From Nitrospinales bacterium (GTDB lineage: Bacteria > Nitrospinota > Nitrospinia > Nitrospinales > VA-1), in contig CBDCWG010000001.1 of assembly GCA_965223345.1 (NCBI GenBank), positions 128,001 to 192,000 on the forward strand: DNA of 64,000 nucleotides, read 5' to 3'. Positions 42,216 to 51,910 of this stretch are shown piece after piece; position 1 is the first letter of the stretch; each line of letters opens with the position of its first letter. The notes under the pieces are model-generated. The model was not told the origin of the DNA. It saw only the letters and a list, made by a program, of their open reading frames with translations, and searched no databases. The translations under genes and the position numbers were made by a program.

Positions 42216-42500
42216 ATGAAAGAGGACGACCAGTTCAGACAGGAAAAAGCCAAAGCCCGCAAAATGCGTAAAACGCAATGGTGGCAGAACAAGATCCAGG
42301 AAGGGGTCTGTCATTACTGCGGCGGCAAATTCCAGCCCGACGAATTGACGATGGACCACATCGTGCCGCTGTCCCGCGGCGGCAAAAGCACCAAAGGCAA
42401 CCTCGTCGCCTCCTGCAAATCCTGCAACAACAACAAGAAGTACTACACTCCCGCCGAAATCGTGCTGCGCGACGGCCTCGGAAAAGACATCCGCTTTTGA
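42216..42500 (+). CDS. Small HNH endonuclease domain protein
   Basis: CHYC...TMDHIVPLSRGG....NLV.SC.SCN..K. Confidence 0.9.
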   Translation: MKEDDQFRQEKAKARKMRKTQWWQNKIQEGVCHYCGGKFQPDELTMDHIVPLSRGGKSTKGNLVASCKSCNNNKKYYTPAEIVLRDGLGKDIRF

Positions 42501-42564
42501 ATCCGCTTCCCGGTATTGGATTGTTCAGGGAATGGCTGAACAATCATGATGGCGTTCGTTCGCT

Positions 42565-42695
42565 TAAGACCCTCTAATTGGTCCGTAGGCAAGGGATTGT
42601 CTTTATTCCTGTCACCCTGAGCTTGTCGAAGGGCGACAGGAATCATGCTTCGACAGGCTCAGCATGACAGATAAGGAGCTAATACGAAGGTCTCA
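42565..42695. repeat. Palindromic REP/MITE-like intergenic element
   Basis: CTGTCACCCTGAGCTTGTCGAAG...CTTCGACAGGCTCAGCATGACAG (42609-42670) inside imperfect 15 bp terminal inverted repeats. Confidence 0.7.
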
Positions 42696-42718
42696 GGTCG
42701 TCCGAGGCGCGCAGGCGG

Positions 42719-43324
42719 TCAGTTGGGGACGCCGGGGATGGATTTGGGGTTCGGTCCGGAGGGCGCTTCCTCCTTCTTGGGCGTGCGGATGCGGCTCTCG
42801 CACACGAGAAGCAGGTGGATGCCCAGTCTGGATTTGACCGGCTCGGCCAGCACGTGCTTTTCGGTTTTCAGGATGGTTTCCAGCAGGTCGGCGGTCAGCA
42901 CTTCTTCGGGGATGGTCATGCCCTTGTAAACCCAGCCGAGGTCGCCTCCCAGCGCCCGCGTGGCGCAGTTGCTGTACTTTTTCGCCAGCTTGCCGAAGAA
43001 TTTTTCCAGCTTTTCCCGGTCGTGGAATTCCTTGTCCGGATCGTCGGCGGGTTTTTCCTCAAGCTCTTTCTGGAATTCCAGCAGCGTCTGGCGGATCATT
43101 TCCGCCGCCTCCAGCGAGGACATCCGCAGGTGGCGCACCCGGTATTCCTGCGGCTTGTCCGTTTTCAGCACCGCCTTTTTGGGCACGAAGACTTTTTTCG
43201 GCTTGAATTTGGGTTTGACGGCGGGTTTTTTCGCCTCGGAACCGGGCTTCACCGGTTCTTTCGCGGTCTTGTCCCTCTGGTAGACGGTTTTTTCCGGTTC
43301 CTGGGGCTGTTGATTATCGGACAT
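42719..43324 (-). CDS. Parvulin-like peptidyl-prolyl isomerase with a Lys/Pro-rich N-terminus
   Basis: VRHL, AKKYSNC.T...GGDLGW, PVKSRLGIHLL. Confidence 0.8.
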   Translation of the reverse strand: MSDNQQPQEPEKTVYQRDKTAKEPVKPGSEAKKPAVKPKFKPKKVFVPKKAVLKTDKPQEYRVRHLRMSSLEAAEMIRQTLLEFQKELEEKPADDPDKEFHDREKLEKFFGKLAKKYSNCATRALGGDLGWVYKGMTIPEEVLTADLLETILKTEKHVLAEPVKSRLGIHLLLVCESRIRTPKKEEAPSGPNPKSIPGVPN

Positions 43325-43383
43325 GATGCTTCAATCGGGTTCAATAGGGCGCAGCGCGCCGCGGATGTTGTGGGGAAAGTATA

Positions 43384-44322
43384 CTACGGATTGCCGTCGA
43401 ATCCCAAAGATTCGAGAAACTCGATCACCGCGCCGCTGTCGTTGCTGCCGATGACTTCGTGGGCGATGTCTTTGATCTCGGGAACCGCGTTGGAGACGGC
43501 CACCGAATGACCGGCGATCTTGAACATCGTCATGTCGTTCATGAAATCCCCGAACACCACCACATTGTTGAGCGGGTGCTTCATGTACTGCGCGAGGATC
43601 TTCACCATCCTGCCCTTGGTCGCCTGCTGGTGAAACGCCTGCAGCCAGTGGTATCCCTTGACCGATACGTCCTGCGCGAAATACAGGTTGATGCAGTCGG
43701 AGAACCGGCGCTTCAATTCCTGGTAGATGGGTTTCAGCGTCTTTTTCTTCTCGATCAGAAGAAACCCGGAAACCTTTTCATCCTTGGAAATCCGGAAATC
43801 CTCGGTTTTGGTGAGCCGGCGTTCGCCCTTCATGCTCTGGATGTACGCCTTGGCGCCGTCGTTTGCGGTATTGCGGTAATACACCCGGTGGTTTTCCTGT
43901 ACGTTGTCGCCGTTGTAGGTGTAGATGAACGGGTCGATCCCCTGCGGCGCGGCCAGTTGCATCATATGGGAAATCACTTCGCGCGTGATGAATTCGGTGA
44001 GGAAGACGTTGCGCCCGGTGTGGAATTCGGTGAGATAGACCCCGTTGAACAGGATGACGGGGATCTGCAGGTTCAAACCCTGTAGAATGGGATACACCGA
44101 TTCGTAATTGCGGGCCGTGGCGATCGTGAATTTCATGCCTTTGTCGATCAGCCGGTTCAGCCGGTCGATCGACTCCTGCGAAATTTCACCGTAGGAGTTG
44201 AGCAGCGTGCCATCCAGGTCCGATATGAACAAAAGGTCTTTGGGATCGGCTTTGGTGCGTTTGAGAACCAGGGGATGGGAGGTTCCGTTCACAGTGAAAA
44301 TATTTCGGAAGATGTTCAGCAT
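43384..44322 (-). CDS. Cof-type HAD-IIB hydrolase
   Basis: SDLDGTLL, ATAR, TKG, FGDFMND, AVSNA. Confidence 0.92.
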   Translation of the reverse strand: MLNIFRNIFTVNGTSHPLVLKRTKADPKDLLFISDLDGTLLNSYGEISQESIDRLNRLIDKGMKFTIATARNYESVYPILQGLNLQIPVILFNGVYLTEFHTGRNVFLTEFITREVISHMMQLAAPQGIDPFIYTYNGDNVQENHRVYYRNTANDGAKAYIQSMKGERRLTKTEDFRISKDEKVSGFLLIEKKKTLKPIYQELKRRFSDCINLYFAQDVSVKGYHWLQAFHQQATKGRMVKILAQYMKHPLNNVVVFGDFMNDMTMFKIAGHSVAVSNAVPEIKDIAHEVIGSNDSGAVIEFLESLGFDGNP

Positions 44323-44547
44323 GACAATCCATCGCCACCCCTTTCGTTCCGCAGACCGCAGGATGAGAAAAGGGATTGAGTTTCGCTTTTAAAACTCCAT
44401 CGGTTTCATTCCTTAAAAATGGGGGGCAGTTTCAGGAATGGCTGGAAGACCGACACTTTGTAAGGAATTATTATTAAAATATACTAACGATCGTATCAGG
44501 AAAGTCAAGCCTGGAGTGGGGGCGAAATCCCCAATAGAGCCTGAAAA

Positions 44548-45372
44548 ATGAAATGTTTAAGGAATGGTGCCATGAATCCATCGACGATATCGAAGATTAA
44601 ACGGCGTATTTGCATGCACTTTGTGGGCATCGCGGCCTTTTTTATGATTTTCCCGGCCCCTGCCGCCGCGGCCGATTTTTCTCACTGGGATGCGCTGCTG
44701 AAAAAATACGTCCAGCCGGTGACCCTCGACGGCGTGAAGCTCAGCGGCGTGCAATACGAAAAACTCAAACAGGACCCCGACTATCAAAAAGCCCTGGACG
44801 TGCTTGCCAGCGCCTCCCTGTCCGACTTGAAGACGCGTGAAGAGAAGCTGTCTTTCTGGATCAACGCCTACAACATCCTCGCTGTGAAAGTGGTCGCCGA
44901 CAATTATCCCGTCGAAAGCATCAAGGATGTCGGCAGCCTGTTCAAATCGGTGTGGAAGAAGCCCGCCGGCAAAGCTGCAGGCGAAACCCGCACGCTCGAC
45001 GAAGTCGAGCACGCCATCCTGCGCAAGATGGACGAGCCGCGCATCCACCTTGCCATCGTCTGTGCCTCGGTCAGCTGCCCCGACCTGCGCCCCGAAGCCT
45101 ACATGCCGGAGAAGCTGAACGAACAGCTCGACGAGCAGACCCGCTTGTTCCTGCAAAACGCCGAAAAGGGAATGAAGATTGACGCGAAGAAAGGAAAAGT
45201 ATATCTTTCCTCTATCTTCAAGTGGTTCAAGGAAGACTTTGAACCCGAAGGAGGTGTGGTTCCGTTCGTGGCAATGTACGCGTCGCCCGCAGACCAAAAA
45301 GTCCTCAACGGCGGGGACGTCAAGGTTGCCTACCTGGATTACAACTGGGACCTCAACGACAAAAAGACGTAA
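44548..45372 (+). CDS. DUF547 domain secreted protein; start uncertain
   Basis: FWINAYN, EPRIH.AIVCASVSCP, LSSIFKWF..DF, YLDYNW.LN. Confidence 0.88.
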   Translation: MKCLRNGAMNPSTISKIKRRICMHFVGIAAFFMIFPAPAAAADFSHWDALLKKYVQPVTLDGVKLSGVQYEKLKQDPDYQKALDVLASASLSDLKTREEKLSFWINAYNILAVKVVADNYPVESIKDVGSLFKSVWKKPAGKAAGETRTLDEVEHAILRKMDEPRIHLAIVCASVSCPDLRPEAYMPEKLNEQLDEQTRLFLQNAEKGMKIDAKKGKVYLSSIFKWFKEDFEPEGGVVPFVAMYASPADQKVLNGGDVKVAYLDYNWDLNDKKT

Positions 45373-45396
45373 ACCGGGCACACTCGGAGGCCGCAT

Positions 45397-46182
45397 GTGT
45401 TCATAGGTTCCAGTCTCTGGAAGGATCGGGAACACTACCTCAACAAGATGACCCGCGCCGATCTGGTGCGGGCCTATTTCAGCTATCCCGCGATCCAGGT
45501 GTACCTGCTCCTGGCCGTGATCTCAGGCGGACTCGCCGTTTACTGGATGGAAGACGCCGCTTCCCTCGTCGGGTCGGTGATCGCCGCCATCGTCATCTAT
45601 CCGGTCATCTGGTACGTGCTGCACCGCTACGTGCTGCACGGGCAGTTTCTGTTCAAATCCCAAAGCACCGCGGCGCTCTGGAAACGCATCCATTTCGACC
45701 ATCACCAGGACCCCAACAACCTGCGCGTGCTGTTCGGCGCGCTGCCGACCACGCTGCCGACCATCGGCTGGATCACCGTGCCCATCGGTTGGGCGGTCGG
45801 CGGTCTGCCCGGCAGCCTGATCGCGTTCGCCGCCGGGTGCATCATCACCTGCTTTTACGAATTCTGCCACTGCATCCAGCATCTGGCGTATGCGCCCAAA
45901 TGGGGTTTTCTAAAGAGGATGAAAAAATACCACCTGGCGCACCATTTCCACAACGAGCAGGGCAACTACGGCATCACCAATTTCGTCTGCGACAAGCTGT
46001 TTTCTACTTTTTACGGCGAGACCAGCGAGGTTCCGAGAAGCGCCACCGTCTTCAACCTGGGCTACACCGGCGAGCAGATCGAGCGCTATCCCTGGGTGGC
46101 CAGCATGTCCGACATGCGAAAAGAACCCCCGGCCGGTCCGCCCGTTGCGGAACCGGCTACGGCCAAACAAGCCGATTCCTGA
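45397..46182 (+). CDS. Fatty acid hydroxylase / sterol desaturase superfamily protein
   Basis: His boxes HRYVLH, HFDHH, YEFCHCIQH, HLAHHF and NYGIT. Confidence 0.88.
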   Translation: MFIGSSLWKDREHYLNKMTRADLVRAYFSYPAIQVYLLLAVISGGLAVYWMEDAASLVGSVIAAIVIYPVIWYVLHRYVLHGQFLFKSQSTAALWKRIHFDHHQDPNNLRVLFGALPTTLPTIGWITVPIGWAVGGLPGSLIAFAAGCIITCFYEFCHCIQHLAYAPKWGFLKRMKKYHLAHHFHNEQGNYGITNFVCDKLFSTFYGETSEVPRSATVFNLGYTGEQIERYPWVASMSDMRKEPPAGPPVAEPATAKQADS

Positions 46183-46209
46183 ACCCATTCCCGGCATCGA
46201 CTCGCAACC

Positions 46210-46249
46210 AAAAAAAGGACCCTCCTAAAAGGAGGGTCCTTCTTTTTTT
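46210..46249. terminator. Bidirectional intrinsic terminator between convergent genes
   Basis: A7-GGACCCTCC TAAAA GGAGGGTCC-TTC-T7. Confidence 0.88.
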
Positions 46250-46283
46250 GCCGCCAGATCGACAGGGCAGGGGATGCCCCGGT

Positions 46284-47459
46284 TCAGTCGGCGTGCTTGC
46301 GCAAAAACGTGGGGATGTCGAAATTGACCGGCATCTGCGTGAATTCCGGGTTTTCGTCCTTGATCGCCGAGGCCAGCTTTTTCAGGTTGTTGTAGGACGG
46401 ATCCTTAGGCTCTTCCTGAACGATGGGAGTGGGCAGTTGTTGCTCCTCCTCGTTTTTCACGGCTTTCAAGGCCGGTTTCTTGACCGGCTGTTCGATCTGA
46501 TCCTCGAAGCCCGTGGCGATCACCGTGACCCGCATCTGTCCTTCCATCTGCGCGTCGATCACCGCACCGAAAATGATGTGGGCGCTTTCGTGCGCGTTTT
46601 TCTGGATCAGCATCGACGCCTCGTTGACCTCGAGCAGTGTCAGGTCCTCGCCGCCGGTGATGTTGATCAGGATACCGTGCGCGCCGTCCACCGTGGCTTC
46701 GTCGAGCAGCGGGCTGGAGATGGCTTTCTGCGCCGCTTCCACCGCGCGCGCCTCGCCGGTCGCCACGCCCGAGCCCATGAGCGCTTTGCCCATATTGCCC
46801 ATGATGGCTTTCACGTCGGCGAAGTCCAGATTGATCAGACCGGGCACCACGATGAGATCGGAGATGCTGCACACCGCCTGCTTGAGAACGTCGTCCACGA
46901 GACCGAACGCGCCGGTGAACGAGGTCTGCTTGCCCACGAAACCCAGCAGCTTCTGGTTGGGAATGACGATCAGCGTGTCCACGGAATGTTTCAGTTCCTG
47001 GATGCCTTCTTCCGCCTGGGAGGTCCGCTTGCGGCCCTCAAAAGCGAAGGGCTTGGTGACGACGCCCACGGTCAGCGCCCCCACTTCGCGCGCCAGCCGC
47101 GAGATGATCGGGGCGGCTCCGGTTCCCGTGCCGCCGCCCATGCCGGCGGTGATGAAGACCATGTCTGCACCCTGCAGGGTTTCCCGGATTTGATCTTCGT
47201 TTTCCTCCGCGGCCCGTTTCCCGATATCGGGATTGGACCCGGCGCCGAGTCCCCGCGTCAACTCCGTCCCGATCTGGATCTTGTCCGGGCAGCCGGAGGC
47301 ATCGAGCGACTGGATGTCGGTGTTGGCGACGATGAACTCGACCCCACGCAGGTTGTCCCTGACCATGGAATTCACCGCATTGGTCCCGCCGCCTCCCACA
47401 CCGACCACCTTGATGCACGCGGAGTACTCGTTGTTATTTTCAAACTCGATCAAGCCCAT
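46284..47459 (-). CDS. ftsZ: Cell division protein FtsZ
   Basis: GVGGGG.NAV, GGGTGTG, NLDFAD, DIPTFLR. Confidence 0.99.
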   Translation of the reverse strand: MGLIEFENNNEYSACIKVVGVGGGGTNAVNSMVRDNLRGVEFIVANTDIQSLDASGCPDKIQIGTELTRGLGAGSNPDIGKRAAEENEDQIRETLQGADMVFITAGMGGGTGTGAAPIISRLAREVGALTVGVVTKPFAFEGRKRTSQAEEGIQELKHSVDTLIVIPNQKLLGFVGKQTSFTGAFGLVDDVLKQAVCSISDLIVVPGLINLDFADVKAIMGNMGKALMGSGVATGEARAVEAAQKAISSPLLDEATVDGAHGILINITGGEDLTLLEVNEASMLIQKNAHESAHIIFGAVIDAQMEGQMRVTVIATGFEDQIEQPVKKPALKAVKNEEEQQLPTPIVQEEPKDPSYNNLKKLASAIKDENPEFTQMPVNFDIPTFLRKHAD

Positions 47460-47473
47460 AGTGTCCTCCTGGA

Positions 47474-48706
47474 TTAAAAGAACTCTTCAGCCCAGTCTTT
47501 CATGCGGCTGAATATTTTTTCGAACAGATTGCGTCCCTGGAGTTCGCGTGTGGCCCCCGCTCTGAATTTTCGGATTCCATATTGGATCAACCCAGTACTC
47601 GTCGAATACATGGGATTGTTCACCACATCGATCAAACCGCCCAACCCGGTCGGTGCGCCCACGCGCACCGGCCCTTGAAACACGCTTTCAGCAAGCTCCG
47701 CCATGCCGTCCATGCAGGCGCAACCGCCTGTGAGCACCACTCCGGAGGAGATGATTTCACTGAATCCGGAGTTTTCCAGTTCGTGATTGAGCATCTCGAA
47801 CATTTCCCGCGCCCGCGCTTCGATGATCTCGCTCAGGATCTGCCGGGAAACCGTGCGCGGTTCGCGACCGCCCACACAGGGCACCTCGACCGTTTCGTCC
47901 TCCCGGACCATCGCCGAGTAGGCGCAGCCGTGCGCGTGCTTGATCTTCTCCGCCTCGTTGTTCGGCGTCCTCAGGCCGATCGCGATGTCGTTGGTCATCT
48001 GCGAGCCCGCGATGGTCAGCACCGACGTGTGCTTGATGGCGCCCTGGTAGAAGATCGCCATGTCGGAGGTGCCGCCGCCGATGTCGATCATGGCCGCGCC
48101 CAGTTCCTTTTCGTCGGTCGAGAGCACCGCCTCGCTGGAAGCGAGCTGCTCGAGAACGATGTCCTGCACCCCGAGCCCCGCCTTGTTGACGCATTTGACG
48201 ATGTTCTGGGCGGAGGTGACCGCCGCCGTGACGATGTGCACCTTGGCTTCCAGCCGCACACCCGCCATGCCGAGGGGGTCCTTGATGCCCTCCTGGTTGT
48301 CCACCACGTATTCCTGCGGCAGCACGTGGATGACTTCCCGGTCCAGCGGGATGGCGATGGCTTTCGCCGCCTCGATCACCCGGTCCACGTCCTTTTGCAC
48401 GATCTCTTTTCCCTTAACGGCGATAATCCCGTGACTGTTGAGGCTGTTGATGTGTCCGCCGGCGATTCCCACGAACACCGAGTCGATTTCGCAGCCCGCC
48501 ATCAGTTCCGCTTCCTCGACCGCGCTTTTGATCGATTCGACGGTGCTGTCGATGTTGACGACCACGCCCTTGCGCAAACCCCGTGACGGGTACTGGCCGA
48601 GCCCGATGACATCGATGCCGCCGTCGGAGGTGACTTCCCCGATGATGCAGCAGATCTTGGTCGTTCCGATGTCCAGCCCGACGACGTAGTTATTTTTCTT
48701 GGACAT
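47474..48706 (-). CDS. ftsA: Cell division protein FtsA
   Basis: [22 protein letters not shown]; dcw position. Confidence 0.98.
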   Translation of the reverse strand: MSKKNNYVVGLDIGTTKICCIIGEVTSDGGIDVIGLGQYPSRGLRKGVVVNIDSTVESIKSAVEEAELMAGCEIDSVFVGIAGGHINSLNSHGIIAVKGKEIVQKDVDRVIEAAKAIAIPLDREVIHVLPQEYVVDNQEGIKDPLGMAGVRLEAKVHIVTAAVTSAQNIVKCVNKAGLGVQDIVLEQLASSEAVLSTDEKELGAAMIDIGGGTSDMAIFYQGAIKHTSVLTIAGSQMTNDIAIGLRTPNNEAEKIKHAHGCAYSAMVREDETVEVPCVGGREPRTVSRQILSEIIEARAREMFEMLNHELENSGFSEIISSGVVLTGGCACMDGMAELAESVFQGPVRVGAPTGLGGLIDVVNNPMYSTSTGLIQYGIRKFRAGATRELQGRNLFEKIFSRMKDWAEEFF

Positions 48707-48723
48707 GCACTCCTTTCGTTGAG

Positions 48724-49647
48724 TCAGGTTTTAGAGACGTTCTTGGCTGCTTGCTTGGCGGCGAATTGTTTTTTGTGTTTGACGGCGACTTTGTCCCGGC
48801 TGGTCATGTCGATGTACTCGATGTCGCCCACCGTGCCCTCGATCAGATCCAGCACCACGCGAAAGTTTTCAAAGCTTTCCGCAAGCGTGTCGCCGGTCAG
48901 GTAAATCCGCATGTCCCGGTCCTTGTCGAACAGCGTGATATGGGCGTTGTTCTCGATCTCGACCGAGTGGATCGCATTGGCCTCGAAGAAGGGCAGGCGG
49001 TTGAAATAATGCATCGTTTTGAGGCTCTGGATCACTTCGTCCTCCAGATCGGCCACCGTTTCTCCGGGTTTGCCCACGCCGGCGCCCACCAGCGAGATCA
49101 GTGGCAGGTCGCCGTGCCCGCTTCCGGCTTCAGCCAGCAGAACGCCGAAATTGTCCATGATGAACATGCGGTCCAGCTCGATCCGCGCGTAAGGCGTGCG
49201 CTCCACCATTTCGACGAGCAGGGTCTGCGGAAACGATTTGCGCACGGCGGCGCTCTGAATCCAGGGGTGGGTGGCCAGACGTTCGGAAACAGCCGTGAGA
49301 TCGAGCAGGAAAATATTTTCACCGGTGACGGCTCCTGTCCATTTGAGCAATTCGTCCTGCTGCAATGTGGAATTGCCCTTGAAAGAAATTTCGGAAACGG
49401 CGAAACGCGGAGACGTGGTAAGAAATTGATAGCCAGCATAAAAACCGTAAAAAAATGCTATAACTATAATAAATTTAGTTAGTAAATTAATCAATGATCT
49501 TATTGCCGTTTTGAGTTTTGTGAAATCGTGATGCGCCGCGCGGTTTTTTCTGGAGGCGGTTCCCTTATTGGACTTACGCCTTTTCGGCGAGCGAAAATCC
49601 TGCCAGGCCTGCACCGGGTTTTTATGACCAGCGAGCACGTAGTTCAT
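48724..49647 (-). CDS. ftsQ: Cell division protein FtsQ/DivIB
   Basis: TM helix, POTRA-like HPWI..A.V...FP.TL, YIDM; between ddl and ftsA. Confidence 0.9.
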   Translation of the reverse strand: MNYVLAGHKNPVQAWQDFRSPKRRKSNKGTASRKNRAAHHDFTKLKTAIRSLINLLTKFIIVIAFFYGFYAGYQFLTTSPRFAVSEISFKGNSTLQQDELLKWTGAVTGENIFLLDLTAVSERLATHPWIQSAAVRKSFPQTLLVEMVERTPYARIELDRMFIMDNFGVLLAEAGSGHGDLPLISLVGAGVGKPGETVADLEDEVIQSLKTMHYFNRLPFFEANAIHSVEIENNAHITLFDKDRDMRIYLTGDTLAESFENFRVVLDLIEGTVGDIEYIDMTSRDKVAVKHKKQFAAKQAAKNVSKT

Positions 49648-49783
49648 GGCGTCCTGTTTCCTTTACGGTACGGATGAGAAAAAAATTCATTTGAGTTCGG
49701 GTAGATAGAACACATTCGTTGATAAAAATTTGAATTGCAGGCCGCAAAGCCGCAACCCGCGCGCCTTTGCGCCGCACTGCGTT

Positions 49784-50731
49784 TCATGCGTTGTCCCGTT
49801 GCGCCGTTTTCAGGATCGTCACCACCAGTTCCTCAAAATCGATTCCCGCTTCGCGCGCCGCCATCGGCAGCAGGCTGGTGGGCGTCATGCCGGGAATCGT
49901 GTTCATCTCCAGAACATAGGGCACGCCCGCGGCATCGAGGATCACGTCCACCCGCGGCAGGCCGCGTCCCATGAGCGCGTGGAAGACCCGCACCGCCGTG
50001 TCCTGGCAGGTGCGCGTTTCCTCGGCGGTCAACGCCGCCGGACAGTGGTAGAGGGTCTTGCCCTCCGTGTATTTCGCCTCATAGTCGTAAAACCCCGATT
50101 TCGGTTCGATGTGCACCACCGGCAGGGGAGTCGCCCCGTTCATGCCGATTGCGAGCAGCTTTCCTGCGATGAACCGCTCGACCACCACCGCTTCCGCGTA
50201 GGAAAACGCCTCCTCGAGCGCCATTTGCCACTGTTTCTCCTCGGTCACGATGCTGATCCCCAGGCTCGAGCCCTGGTTGGAGGGTTTGACCACCACCGGA
50301 AGGTCGAGACTGCGCTTGGCCGGCTTGCCGTTGCGGTGGAAGATCTGGTACTCCGCCGAAGGGATGCCGTGGATCGAGAAAATCTCCTTCGATTTCACCT
50401 TGTCGTAGGCCAATGCGGAACCCAGAACGCCCGAACCGGTGTAGGGGATGCCCGCGTATTCCAGCAGGCCCTGAATCGTCCCGTCCTCGCCGTAATTGCC
50501 GTGTAGCGCGATGAAAGCGAGGTCGAAGGACTCCTGTTGCAGCCGCACGGCGATGTCCCGGCCCACGTCGATCCCGACCGCGTTCAGCCCTTTGTTTTTC
50601 GCCGCTTCGAGGACCGACTGGCCGGTGACCAGCGAGACCTCGCGCTCCGGAGAAAGCCCGCCCATCAGCACCGCGATCTTTTTTCCTGCAAGTTCTTTCA
50701 AAGAACCCCGCCTTTCACGGATGTGGCCCAA
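49784..50731 (-). CDS. ddl: D-alanine--D-alanine ligase
   Basis: GG.S.EREVSL, LHG.YGEDG, GSSLG, YDYEAKY, EMNTIPG. Confidence 0.97.
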   Translation of the reverse strand: MGHIRERRGSLKELAGKKIAVLMGGLSPEREVSLVTGQSVLEAAKNKGLNAVGIDVGRDIAVRLQQESFDLAFIALHGNYGEDGTIQGLLEYAGIPYTGSGVLGSALAYDKVKSKEIFSIHGIPSAEYQIFHRNGKPAKRSLDLPVVVKPSNQGSSLGISIVTEEKQWQMALEEAFSYAEAVVVERFIAGKLLAIGMNGATPLPVVHIEPKSGFYDYEAKYTEGKTLYHCPAALTAEETRTCQDTAVRVFHALMGRGLPRVDVILDAAGVPYVLEMNTIPGMTPTSLLPMAAREAGIDFEELVVTILKTAQRDNA

Positions 50732-50864
50732 ACCTTAAAGTATCGCTTCAAGGTCCGCTCTCCGGCCCTGGGCCAAAAGACCGGAGACAAAGGAAGGAGG
50801 GGTGCCTTTGCAGCGGACCTGTACTTCCAACCTCATTGAGAGAACAAAACCGCAAAACGTTGTG

Positions 50865-51785
50865 TCAAGCCTGATCGCCGATGATGACGATCTCCGCCTC
50901 CAGCCGGATGCCCGATGTTTCCTCGACCACCTTCTTGACGTGCGTGATCAGTTGCAGGACATCCCCCGCCGAAGCCTCGCCCTTGTTGACGATGAAATTC
51001 GCGTGCTTGAGCGAGATGCCCGCCTGACCGATGGAATACCCCTTGAGCCCCGCCGCTTCGATCAGCCTTCCCGCCGTGTCGCCGGGCGGGTTTTTGAAGA
51101 TGGAGCCGGAATTGGGGATGGTCAGCGGCTGTTTGGCGCTGCGGGTCGAAAGATGGCTCTCGATTTTCTGGTGGATCGCCGCCATGTCGCCTTTTTTCAG
51201 TTCCAGTTCCGCTTCCACGATGACGCCCACCTCGGTGGGGAATATCGATTTGCGGTACTTGAAGACGATTTCCTCGCTGGTCAGGGTTTCCAGCTCGCCG
51301 TCGGCGGTCACCACCGTCACGTTGCGGATGAAAGGCCCGATCTCCGTGCCCTCCGCTCCGGCGTTCATGATCACCGCGCCGCCCACCGAACCGGGGATGC
51401 CCACCAGGTGCTCGATCCCCGTGAGTCCGTATTTGCCCACGTATTTCGAGAGATAGGAAAGCTTCACCCCGGCGCCGGCGCGCACGCGCGCGGTGTCGCC
51501 GTTGTCCGAGAACACCGGCTTGTGGATGTTGCGGAAGCTCTCTTTCAGGCAAATCACCACGCCGCGGATGCCCTTGTCGCCCACCAGCAGGTTGGTGCCT
51601 TCGCCGAGAATGAACAGGGGCGTGCCGCTGCGGTGCTTGAAGATCCGCTGCAAATCCGTCAGGTCCCGGGGCAGAACGAAATAGTCCGCCGGTCCGCCGA
51701 TGCGGATGGAGGTGTGCGCGGACATCATTTCGTCGCGCTTCACCTCGCCTTTGATCTTGTGAATCCAGGGGAGGGTTTGGCTCAT
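50865..51785 (-). CDS. murB: UDP-N-acetylmuramate dehydrogenase
   Basis: IGGPA, G.GTNLL, GIPGSVGG...NAGA, GSIFKNP, HANFIVN. Confidence 0.96.
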   Translation of the reverse strand: MSQTLPWIHKIKGEVKRDEMMSAHTSIRIGGPADYFVLPRDLTDLQRIFKHRSGTPLFILGEGTNLLVGDKGIRGVVICLKESFRNIHKPVFSDNGDTARVRAGAGVKLSYLSKYVGKYGLTGIEHLVGIPGSVGGAVIMNAGAEGTEIGPFIRNVTVVTADGELETLTSEEIVFKYRKSIFPTEVGVIVEAELELKKGDMAAIHQKIESHLSTRSAKQPLTIPNSGSIFKNPPGDTAGRLIEAAGLKGYSIGQAGISLKHANFIVNKGEASAGDVLQLITHVKKVVEETSGIRLEAEIVIIGDQA

Positions 51786-51910
51786 GGTCTGGCTCTGTCT
51801 AAGTTTGCGTCCCAAGACGGTTTTCGGTAAATCCAGCTGGGGCTTCAGCGGCAGCCTCGGTCCCATTCCGGAATGAGTAAAATTGATCAGTTTCCGTTTC
51901 CATGGTTCGC

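Noticed and set aside
41688..42500. DUF1566 plus HNH as an anti-phage or toxin-immunity system
   Set aside because: Host-like composition, no defence-island context and no partner ATPase or methylase; adjacency alone is insufficient.
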